From Proteromonas lacertae (Eukaryota), in the NCBI GenBank assembly GCA_002245135.1, contig NGBS01001211.1, positions 1 through 39,668 on the forward strand: DNA of 39,668 bases. The letters run 5' to 3'. Below are positions 25,915 to 38,700 of the stretch, one piece after another. The stretch's first letter is position 1. Every line of letters begins with the position of its first letter. Both the position numbers and the translations under genes were made by a program. The notes under the pieces were generated by a model that saw only the letters and a list, made by a program, of their open reading frames with translations, was not told the DNA's origin and did no database searches.

Positions 25915-27178
25915 CTATTTACCATATCCTCCTGTATAACCACCAGCATATCCACCTGCGTAACCATTAGGTGGAAGAGTACCTCTTGGAGTATAACCAG
26001 GTATTGGAGGAGGAAGTATGAATGTAGCAACAGTAAATAGATAGGCTGGTCTATGTGCATAAGCATTTTGCGTATAAGTTCTATTACTGCAATTATTATT
26101 AACACTACTAAAAATATAATTAATTCTTTTTCTTCTATATTAACTCTTTTATAAATGTAATTCTTTTCTGTTTTTTTAATAACTACTTTATATTTATAAC
26201 CATTGAAAATAAATTCTTCTTCACTGTCACTCACTTGCTTCATCTGATATCCAAATCCATCATCATATCTATATACTGGTCTTATATTGAGGATTTCAAC
26301 ATCTTTATTAAATCTGTATCTATATGTATCACCCCATCCATTTGTCTCTCGATGTATTTCCATACAAATCAGTTTATAGGAAACATTATTTAAGCCACCT
26401 AATACACTTAAATCTTTAGAAAATTCACCCATATCCGTTTCAATTGTCATTACTAATATAAATATAAATATAATCTTTATCTTATAAACTTGTTATTGGA
26501 TAATAAAGCCAATTGTTCGATTTTATTATTATTGGAAAAATCTTGACAAATGCTGTATCAATCACTTCTAAATCTTGTTCATTACCATATAAATCAGTTA
26601 CATAAGCTCTTCCTCCTTCTGGTACTTCTAGTTGAACCATATAAATAAGATTCATATTTCCTAAGTTTTCAACTGTTTTATTTACATTTCCATCTTTTAT
26701 TCTTGTTACTTGGGCATTCTGATAGAATTTTCTCCAAATACTTGGATATTGCACATTATTAACAGTAATATTTATACATTTAAATTCTTTATCACCATAA
26801 CATACTCTAGAGTGTAAAACTTCTTTACCACATATTCTCTTGCTCTATACACTGGTGTACAGTTTGAATGGTCTTTTCTTGTAGCTCATCTTAACACTCC
26901 TTGACAGAATAAGGATTACCACCTTCTGCTTTTACTTTAAGAGGATTTTGAGGATAATAGTGTAACAAATAAATAACATGATTTTTAATCTCAAATGTTA
27001 CTTTACCATATCCAGATAATAATTTGAAGTTTTGGGGATTATTTATCTTATTAGTATAACCATCTTCATAACTTATATACACACCTCCAAGTGTATCATA
27101 GTAAATTTCAACAGTTTTGTTAGTGACAAGTTCTGCACTTGACAAAAAGAAGAGAAAAAAGAAGAATAAAAACATCAT
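25915..27178 (-). pseudogene. Disrupted gene for a type-I membrane protein (signal peptide, ectodomain, one TM, Pro/Gly/Tyr-rich tail); pseudogene or error-laden sequence
   Basis: Signal peptide MMFLFFFFLFFLSSA; frameshift near 26900; in-frame TAG 26847-26845; intron 26489-26453; TM LIIFLVVLIIIA; a second shift near 26085 opens the tail ...LPPPIPGYTPRGTLPPNGYAGGYAGGYTGGYGK*. Confidence 0.5.
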
Positions 27179-28354
27179 TTGTCCGTTTTAGGATTTAGAA
27201 AAACTCTTTTTTAATAATAATAAGTACTTTTACCTTAACAAATAAAAGTATTTTATATATATGTAAGGATATTGTGCATTATAGAGGTAAATATTGTATG
27301 TATATCCGTCAATATTTATCAGAATTTGAAATAGTTATATGTGTGAAATGTAAACACATGTTGTAAAGACTTCTGTTAAGGTATTTATACAGAATATTCT
27401 TGTAATAAAGTGTCTTATGATATTATTTACATTATATTAAGTAATAGAAGGAAGTAAAGAAGATGATGTTTGTTGATTTTAAGTTCTGAGGAATACTGAC
27501 TGTAAAACTGGGCTAGAGAAGGAATTGTTACTCAATAAATTGGGAACAAAATTGAAATTCTTGTTGATATGAATTGAAAGTTTAACAACTTTATTGAAAT
27601 TTAGTTTAAAATTGATTAGTCAAATTAAAGACTGTCTACAATTTAGATGAAATAAATTAATCAACTTATAATAATGAACTATTATTATTACCTTCAACAG
27701 TATACCAAATGCATAAAATATGAAAATCAATTATTACAACACTAAATCACACGTTAAGTATAACAGTAAAATAATATATATATTCAGTAAATAAATAAAA
27801 GTAAATCACAAAGTAATAAAAACTATTTTCAAAATTATTAATTCACAATTTTTATATGCTCTCCGTTCATTAATAATCATAACAATACAAGTTATATATG
27901 AGAATTAAACACTCAATCACAAATGATAGAATTAACTTTTGAAATGAAATATAATACACTCCTTAGTTACATTACGCATATTAAGTTTGTCATGCTGAAT
28001 TGTTTTTAGTTCTATTATAGTATATGTTATATGTCATTTGAAATGTAAAAATTATACAGATCTTACTGACAGTATGTATATAATATGGTTAATGATTATA
28101 ATCGAAAATACATTAACACAATGTTGAAAAGTATATTATGTTACGATAATAATATACTAATAATAATATTTAGAATTATTTTCATTCTTTTTTACATAAA
28201 CTATTGATAATCTAAAAATAATAAGTAAATAAATAAACGCACCATAAGGTTACATTGACAAAGTACATGTATATTTGACATAATAGCTTATGCTAAAGCT
28301 TTTCAGTTGCAGTTTTTGATTGGGTAAATATATTTTATATTACTGATATAAAAC

Positions 28355-28921
28355 ATGCCTATATCTATAAGTCAAAAACTTACAAACAACCTCAATCGAG
28401 CGCCTGATGTGTTATATGCAATTGTGTTTAATGAAACTGACACTAACAAGAGATTTATAAAATGGAATGATAGGGTATATTTTTTTATAACTTTCTTAGC
28501 ATAAAAGAGTGGAGATAAATGATTTTACTGAATTTGTAAAGCTTCTCAAAGCAAGTTATAACAAAAACTGGGAAAATTTCAGAAAATCGTTAAATCGTTT
28601 TGGGTATAATTTTATATCATCATATATTAGGTTTAAAGTAGTAAAAGCTGAAGGGGAAATAGATTATGTAATTCAACATGAGTTATTTTTCAAGAATTGC
28701 GATGTTTCTATGATATGTGATGTGCGATCAATGAAATATCAAGCTCTAGAGAGCAAAAAAAATTTCGAAAAGCAAATCTTGTCGATCCGTTACCAAAATA
28801 TAGAAAGAGAGTGAAATATTTACAACCAGTAGAATATGTAAATTGTGAAAAATGCAAATCAGGAAACACAAAAGACAATGAATGGATTGATGACCTAGAT
28901 GACTTAGAATCTAACTGGTAA
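28355..28921 (+). CDS. Small divergent HSF-type DNA-binding domain protein
   Basis: ATG 28355 with introns 28475-28499 and 28604-28630 gives PDVLYAIVFNETDTNKRFIKWNDRHKRVEINDFTEFVKLLKASYNKNWENFRKSLNRFGFKVVK...IQHELFFKN, matching the HSF pattern LY..V...I.W...F...F.R.LN.YGF.K...H..F. Stop is 28814 as written, or 28921 if the A8 run at 28755-28762 is miscalled. Confidence 0.72.
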
Positions 28922-29780
28922 TGGTATAATCTCTAATTATTCTAATGATTGATTGTTTAATCTGTTGATTTGCTATTTTCACTAAATAACACTCATATAA
29001 TGACATTTAATTAATTACACTCATCTACTTTACTTAAAAACTAAAAACTAAAACATTAACATCTACGCATTGTTTTTTTCTATGTTAAACTTATCATTGG
29101 TGTGATGAAATAGATAACTGACATATTAGTTAATTAGATACTTGACATAAAACCTCTGCTATTGTTTATTATATATTCATCATCACTTCTAAATAATGTT
29201 TATACTTTGAGGTTTTCGACTTGTTTACTTACATAAATACTTTTACTTATTATATTATCACAAGCTATTTTATAGAATAATATAATATACTGCTATACAA
29301 ATTAATTAAATCATCTTATATCTTTCTCACTGTTTATTAAACTAAATCATAATTCTTACATCTTTCTAACATATTTTGGTTCTGTTAAATATTTAAGCGT
29401 CATTAACTAAATATCACTCTTATCATAATAATAATTTATATACTGGTGAAGAATATATATTATATTAAGATAAGATTGGAATAAATTAGAGAAGAGAATA
29501 TATGATAAGTAAATTGAGTGAATTTTAGAGGACACAGGTAGAGAATATAGTACTATAGGGTTATTATAATAAATTGAGTATTCTGTCACTATAATAAACA
29601 TTTTTACTCTTCATTTGAATCTATTTATTACTATACACACATTTATCCATATATATCTATAGATAATAACAAGTATACCATTATACTCATGCATGTCAGA
29701 TTATAGTGATAGAAGTCTGTTCAAATCAAGATTCTTTAAAGTTTATTCTTTCAAGCCGAACATATTTTTCAATTTCAAAA

Positions 29781-32700
29781 ATGTCGTTACACAAAATTGG
29801 TGTTATATCTTACTTTATATTTCTATGTTTTTTTTTTGTTGCATTGTCAGATGATGTAAATAGGCTTTTTGTTGTTGATAAGGATGTACCAGATGACATG
29901 AGGTATTTAATCAACTATATCTCAAAATCTGACAATTTAAATCTGAATAAGGAAATAATAGATATATCTGAAAGTACACTATCAACTTTATTCAAAGAAC
30001 AGCAGTCAAAGAAGATTGACACTGTTTTTGCTTATATACCAGATGCAGATTTTGATATGATAAATAAAATAGCAGTAGAATATGGTATATATGTATGGAA
30101 CGCTGTAGCATATCCCAATACCACTTGTTACTCAAATATCATATTTGGATATGATATTTCAGAGTCTATTTTACTCTGTATAAATAAATAGTTGTATATT
30201 TTATTTAGCAATGAATGGAAAAATAAATCAACTTCAAAATATAATAATAGCATATGATTCAACAAAAAAAGTGGAATTAGGAAGCTTGATTAATGATTTG
30301 AATAGAGTATTAAATTTTTTAAGACTTACACCAATAATTGTATTTGATAAACCTTCAACTGAAGTAAATCAACTTTTTGACGACATTAACGAATATTTTA
30401 ACAACAATCCAAAAATATCTGCAGTTACAATATTGAACTATTATACTGATGTCGAGTTAGTAAAAGAATGGAATAGTTACACACCTCCATCTTCACAAAC
30501 TGTGGTTGTAATCAATATGCCAACAGTTCCAAGAGATTTATTATTATCAACATCTGAAGCAAAAGGATCAAGGTTTCTTAGTGAAAATACAGAACTACCA
30601 TCAGAGTTAATTACTGATATAGGTAATGCACAAGATCCTGTTGATACTTTAGCAAATAAAGATTTTAGTTTATCTGCTATTCAATTATATGAAATGTGTC
30701 GATTATATTATACAATAGGAAAAGAAATATTGAATGATTTCTCAAGTGGAAGTGATATATTGTATTATACATATAGAAATAATAACTATATTACTATTTA
30801 TAAAAATACAGCAGGTGATCAAACAATAGAAGTTGGTTTAAATGAAGGTAATAGATTAATTGGAATAGTTGATTTTGGAGAAATAGATACAGGAGGTAGT
30901 ATGAAGAATAGTAAAGCTTTCAAGCCTATAATTGGTGTATCTTATGTATATATTGATGGATTACCAAAAGAATATATATGTAATCAATTAAAATCCAATA
31001 TATCGATGAAACCTGATACAATGAATATTATATTATTTTCTTATAGAAATTTCTTTAGTGAAGATGAAAGAATCAAAGAATTGACAATTTCTGATAATAA
31101 TATAGGATATGCATTTCAAGCAGCAAAGAATAGTATTAACAAGGAAGTATATTATTTTATTGTTATTCTTTAATAGGGACATATTATGAATAGAAGGTTA
31201 GAAATATTATATATTGATTTATCAGTTGGTACTGAAAAAGTGTTTGAAGAATATTTATATTACAGAACACAGTTTAATTTAATTGCAATGTTTAGTACTT
31301 CTTCTATTGAAGATGCTACAAACTTCTTAGAGATGATTGAAAGTAATAATATCAAAGATTATACATATGTTCGAATAAAACCTGATGCAAGTAATTACTG
31401 TAAAAAGAATGTGATTCCAATATCATTTTTTTTATAATATACAACAAAGTATTTTTCTTTAATTTCTTTCTTAAGGATTAAGTATTTATTCAATGTGGAA
31501 GTTCATACTTCAAGAGTTTACAAATATTGTTACAACTAAAAGATTGTTCATTGTTTATAGTGACTCTTTATTCTCAACAAACGCATTAAACACTATAATT
31601 AATATAACAAATGAATATGATTCATTTCAGGAGATTGTTTATGAACAAATGAAAGCTGTAAATGAAGAACAAGCTTTGAATGTTTGTACAAAAATATTAA
31701 GTCAATGTTCTGAAAGGAATGGATTACCTGAAGGATGTTTAGTTGTAAATTTAGTTGAAAGATATTATCAAAAGATGTTTTATAAATATTATCATTCTGT
31801 TGTTAAAGATACTGAAACATATCCAGTTTTGTCATTTCTGTTGGATGAAAACGTTATCAATAATGAATGGGAAAATGTATTATATATATTGTATTTGTTA
31901 TGTATTATAATAGTATGATGGTTCATATGTGATTGGATATTATTTTGATGAATTAAATACAACAGAAAGTAAAACATTTCAACAAGAACTATTTGATTTA
32001 GATTATGATGAAGAACAACATATAACATCAACAATGGGATTTAGTTACATAAATATTAGACTGTTATTATATGCAGTTCGATTAGCAAGAAGTTTAGATC
32101 ATGATAAGATTAACCAAATGATTATATATACTACAGCAATGTTAGGTCCAGGTGGGAATGTTGAATGGAACTCGCAAGGTACAGATTCATCTCAACTTCA
32201 CATTGGTAGAGTTAATAATGCAAGTAAGAGAATAGATGTTGAATTATCATCATCTTATGTTATGTATACTAATGCATTTGTTGATGTAAGCACTAAATGT
32301 GAATGGTTAGAAGGAGTAAGTAAATCTTATCCATATTATCACATTATTTTCTTATATGTCACTGATTCATATTTCCAACATTATTTGAATTATTATTTAC
32401 TTTATAATAATATAATAAATGACTATATTAATATTAAAGAAGGAATAAATGGAAGATTATTGAAAATGTCCACCAAAATATTTTCAGCCATTGATGATAT
32501 GAAAGAATATGTAGAAAAGAATAGTGATGATCCAAACTTATTAGCTTATTTTGGTACAACCACAAATGGACAAAGAGATGTTCTTGCTCCAATATTAAAG
32601 AAACATGATAAATTGCTCTTTAGTATTCATCCAAGTGAAGGAATGAGATGTTATGAAAATATTGTTCAAGTTGGAAGATTTCCTAATCATTATGCATTTG

Positions 32701-35700
32701 CTTCAATAGCAACTGTTTGGCAATTTTCACAATCAAAGACATTAGCTATTGTTATGTGTGATAATCCATTTTGTCATGGTGTTGGAGAATCAATAGCTAT
32801 TACAGCTGATACAATGAGAGATTTAAAGACTTCTAGATATTATTTGAATTCTACTTATTCGTTTGATAATATAACTGATTCAATGAAAGATATTATCACT
32901 GATAGGTTGATGATATTTACTGTGTTAGGAAGTGAAACTACTGATTTTATAGAAATGTTGAATGAAAAGAATATGAAATCTGATAAATTTACCGTTATTA
33001 GTTTAGATGTATTAATTGAATGGGTAGATCCAGAAATATGGGAAGGACATGCATTCTTTGTTTCATATACAAAAGATAGTCAAACGAATAGCGAAAATGA
33101 AAATTTTATATCAGAATTTACTGAAAGATTTGGTGATAATGATGATCTTTTGAATGAACACACTTTAAACATTTATACTGCTTTAATGATTCTGAAAAAT
33201 GCATTTGCAAAAGCAAAAGATGAAACTTTTGATGAACTAAAAAGGCAAATTAAAGGTTTAGTTTTGAATTTACCAGTTGGAGAAATAAAAGTAAGAGATG
33301 ATATGATTTGTTCTAATTCTTATGTGTTAGTAAAAATTCAAAATGGAGAATACTATAAATTGTTGAAAACCATAAACCCAATGACTTTGACTTCATTTTT
33401 AGCTTATGTATATATATTTTTTGTTTTTATTTGTTATAGAGAAATGATGGAGATACTTCAATATGTGAATTAGAAGAAACTGCCTCTGAATTATTAAACA
33501 TAAATTTAGTTATTAATAGTAATGAGGAATCAATTCTGTTTTTGTTGGATTTGTATTTAGCCAATTATAATGAAAGAGATTATAATATTGTATATAGATA
33601 TTTATTGTTTATATTGCTTATTTAGGTATTAACAAAATATTATTGTGATGATTTTGATCCTGAAAATATAACAACAGTAGTAATAACCTCATGTTCATTA
33701 GAGAAACAAAAACAATTCTTAACAGAAAAACAAGATTTGCTATTAATATCAATAATTGATAAAAGTGGTGATATCTGTGATAATAGAATGTATATTTTTA
33801 TTCATTATTGTAATGTCTATAGAATGGAATTAGGTTCATTTCCAAATCAAAAGATTATCCCTTATATTGCCTATATATTAACTCATTACACAACAGATGT
33901 GATGTTAATTACAAGTGTCAGTACATCAGAGAATGAATTGACTATGATAAAAGATACAATTTCCAGTTTAGGTGGTTATCTTAAGAAACATAAAGTTGTG
34001 AATGAATCTGATACTGATTCTTTAGAAGATTCAATAACTGATTTTGTTAGCTCATATAGATTATACATACCCAATGGCGGTGTATTTTTAAATTATTTAA
34101 CAAACCAGAAAAGTTATGAATTATTCTTCATTAAATATCAAAAGATATTCGGTACTGTTTACACTAGTTTAGAAGATGCTCATAAAGATTTCCCAATATT
34201 TAGTTGGAGTATATTCCCAGATGTTGATAAAGTAAGAAATGTAGGTCAGTATTCGTTAGCATCATGTTACACTGATAAAAATACAGCTACGAAGATATAT
34301 AATATGGGAATCAATATGTTTGGTGAATCATATTCAATACCAAAAGTAGAAACAAGAGCAATCATTGCCTATGAATTATTAGTTGATGAATATACTGATA
34401 CTGTAGATTTTAGTAATTTAGGAATTTACAAATATTTAAGCAATCATTCATTAACTACTTCGTTTGGCATAACAACAATGTCAAAAACTGATACAAGTAT
34501 TCCATTTCCATTTGTTGTCTTACAAAAGAATAAAGATGGATCATCCAATGTAGTATCAAATGTTACGAATAATTGGGAAGCTGAAGTATATAGAAATCAT
34601 TTTAATAGAGAAGAGTATAAAATTTGTTCAAGGTTCAATGGCACTGGTAATGAAATCACTTATGATTCAATTAGATTCTACTTTTTAATATCCTTTACAG
34701 GAACTTTTTCATTTTCTTCATCAGCTTTGCTTCTTAGTTATTTAGCTGCAGTTGATTATGTAAATGATCATTATAATGGAATACACAACAAAATGATTTT
34801 ACCAGTAATTCAAAATACAGAATCTGATAATGATATAGCAAAAGAGTTCATTAGAAAAGCTGTGAACGATACAGGAAACAGAGTGGTATTTGGATTATCA
34901 AATTCAAAAATGAGAAGATATGTATTAGATGATTTACATGATAATGAATTGTTATTATTTTTTCCATATGCATTTGAAGGATATGAATGTAGTGAGAATG
35001 TAATATATATGAGAAATCCATTTACTGAATATATAACAATAATTGCATATTTTTATTTATCTGAAAAATCATTTGATGATATAATAGTATTATATTCAGA
35101 TACTTTAAAAGATTATGAAAATGCATTGAATCTTCAATATTTTCTAAAAGAGAAAGGAATAATAGTAAAGAATTTGATAAGATTACCAACTTCAAATTAT
35201 AAAATGGATGTAGTGATGAATATCATTGTGAGTAATATGAAGTCAGGATTGATTGTATCATTGTTAGAAGGATCAGCAGGAAAAGATTTATTATTACAAA
35301 TGAAAGAGAGTAATTATGATTCTAATACATATACAGTCGTATCATTTAATACAAAACTTACTGAAATTGATGATAATAAATATTGGGAGTTGTTTGATGG
35401 ACATTATTTTGTAGAAACACTTCAAAAGTCACATTTTAAGAATCAAGAAGTCTATAATATAGCAAAAGAAAAATATACATTTATTGATAAAGAACCATCC
35501 TCTTCAGGTTTATTATCTGTGATAATTGCTGCTAAAGCCTTAAATTCTATAAATTTTACTGAAGATACAGGTGAAGAAGGATTTGTTCTATATTCATTTG
35601 AAGAATTATTGAATGCTGTTCATAATGTTAATTTAAGTGATATAATTGATGATACAATAGTAACTACAAATAATCAATTATCATTGATAAGTGATTTAGT

Positions 35701-38700
35701 AAAAGTTCATTATCATACAAACAACAACAGTCATACTGTAGAAACAATTACTCATTTGAATGAATTGAATTATATTAATCCTTATTCTACAAAATATAAT
35801 AATGATGGAAATTTGTATTATTGTGAATGGAAGGTTGATAATAAAACAATAAGAGGTGATAAAATACCAAGATATAGTAAGAAAATAGCCTTTTTATATT
35901 CAATTACTGGTGATAATAAAAAGTATGAATTAAATGCAGTGGATATTGTAATAGCTACAATTAAGAATTTGAATAAAAGAGATGCTTTAAAAGGTACTTA
36001 TTTAGATTATACAGTTTATGATACATCAAATTCTAATAATCTTAAATCAATTGGTGAAGAATTGGCTAAAGATGAAGATGTGATAATGATAATTGGTTGT
36101 TCAGATACAAATTGTAAGAATGTAATAAATAAAGAGCTAATATCTGGAAAATCTAAAAAAGTATTGTGGTATCCATCATTATTTGAAGGTCAAGAGTGTG
36201 ATAGTAATACTTATTATACTGGATTAGTTCCAAGTTTATTTACAAAACCATTATCAACATTTATAGATCAAGTTGAATCTGATAAGAAAATATATTTCTT
36301 AGGAACAAGTGATGAAACCAATGAAATGATTCATCAGATATTGATTAATAATTATGAAGGGTTGTATACAATAATTGGAAATGATTTTGTAGAATCTGGT
36401 AAAGGTACAACTTATAGTTATGCAGATGAAATAGTAGGTAAATACATTGAAAATGGATGTATAATTATCATAACATTAGATGATGTTACTGCGATTGATT
36501 ATATCAATTACTTTGATAGTTTAGTAGCTGATAAGTATCAAAAATTATCACTGAATAATAACAAAAGATTTCATATTATTTCAATTCAAAGTGATAGAGA
36601 TTTAGTTCCTTCTTTAACATTATCAGGAAGTGTTAATGTTTATTTGACTGGTTCATATTATGACGAAATAAATTCAGAATGTAAATTCAGAACTAATATA
36701 GATGATTATTATGGTAAAAGTATAAAAGGAAATGAATTAGCACATAGTTCATATTTGGCTATAGTATATTGGTCAAATGCTGTATCAAAAATAGATGGTG
36801 ATTATACAAACAATGAATTATTGTCAAACCAACTGTATAGAGCCAGTCTTAAAGCTTGTAGTGGTATTACAATGATGTTTACTGATAATCATCTTTCATT
36901 ACCATTCTTTGTTATGCAAATTCTTAAAGATGGTAATAATTATGTTTTATCAAATGTATATGGTCAAACAAGAATACTTGAACCATTGGCATATAGTTGG
37001 GATATACCTGAAACAAATGGTTTAGTGTGCGATTTTACTGATTCATCTGTTGGTTCTGGTAATGTAGTTCCAACTATTACAGTAGCTGTTGCTTTATCAG
37101 TATCTGGTAGATTAAGAGATACAGATAAATATGTTATGAATGTATTTGAATTAGTTTTAGATGCTTTAAATACAAATGATGGATTATTGGGCAAAAGAGT
37201 TACAGTACAAAGCTATGATATTCAATCAAGTGATATTGTATGTTATGAATTATTATCAAATTATTTAAAGCAAGTGAAAGAAGGTGTAATATTTTCAACT
37301 GCAGCTGATGGTTGTATTAGTTCATTAAGTCCATTATTGATAGAGAAAGATATTCTTTTATTCCAAATTGGTTATACAGGTGGTGAAAAATGCTATAAGA
37401 ATGTGTTTTATATGTTAAAAGAGCCAAGTTTTGTAAGTAGAGTGATTGATTATCTGATTGAACCAACAAAACCAGAAACATTACATTATTGCGTTTTAAC
37501 TGCAAATGGTGATGCAGGAGTTAAATATGGAAGTTATATTAATAGTTACATGAGTATTATTGGTGGAATAGTTGATTATTCATCAAGTGGATTAGCATTA
37601 TCTGAAGATGGTTCTGATACAACAATTTCCTCAGAACTTGAAGATATTGTGAAAGGATTAGTTACAGCAACTCCTACATATGGATGTTATATATTGTTTA
37701 TAGCTGATTCTATTATACATGTTCAAGTTGATAAACTATTGGATAAATATACAAAGGATAGTAATAGTAGAGATAAATACACAATAATTTCATTGAATAC
37801 TGCCTTCAAATGCAGCATATAGAGGTGCAAAACCATTTTATTCAGTTGAAACATATTTTACTAATTTAGACAATCCAGAGAATGAAATAATGAAAGAAGA
37901 AATATTATCTGTTACTAATTTTGTTACTGAAGTAATGTACACAGCTTATATATCTAGTAAGATATTTATATATGCTGCTGAAAGTGTAAAAAGTGTAAAA
38001 GGACAATTGGTGAGTAAAAAATATATGAATTAAATTATAAATCTCCAGTGGTGGAAGATTAACAATGGGAGATGATAATTATATAAAATCAATATATGTT
38101 ATTTGGTAAAATGATAGAGAATGATGATGAATATGGGTTTGAATTGATAATGAGTTCTACTACAGTTATAGAATCTCAAGCTTACAAGGATTGGGTGAAT
38201 GATGCAAAATATGTATGTAAATTAAGTGGTGATATAGCTTATGATAAATTTAGAGAATCATCAATAACAATTGGTATATTAACATCATTCAGTGGCAAAT
38301 ACAATACAACCGAAAGATCAATAACAAGAGGTATTATCCAAGCTGTAGATGAGATTAATAATAGTGGCGGAATAATAGGTAGGAAAATTACAATGTTAAT
38401 AAGAGATGCACAATCAGAGATAGAAAGATATGTTTATTACGCTGAAGAATTCTGTAGACTTTCTGAAGTAAGTGTAGTATTTGGTGGAGGTGGAAATTCA
38501 TTAATTAGTAGTTCAGTATATGAGATTTTTGAAAATAATAAGAAATTATTCTTCTATAATGGTTTAACACCAACAGAATCATGTCCAAAATATACGATGT
38601 CAACTCAAATTACTAGTGAACAATTAATGAAAAGTGCTTGGAAAATATATATTACCTAATATGAATCATTTATATATTATTCAAGATGATGAACTATTTA

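Noticed and set aside
27467..27474. Exact TGTTTGTT in the long spacer, suggesting a poly(A)-created stop codon
   Set aside because: No convincing upstream plus-strand gene; a few such 8-mers are expected by chance at this base composition, and all complete gene models here have genomic stops.
27180..29780. Mobile element, tRNA or ncRNA in the long AT-rich spacers
   Set aside because: I saw no terminal repeats, transposase or RT motifs, tRNA boxes or stable stems.
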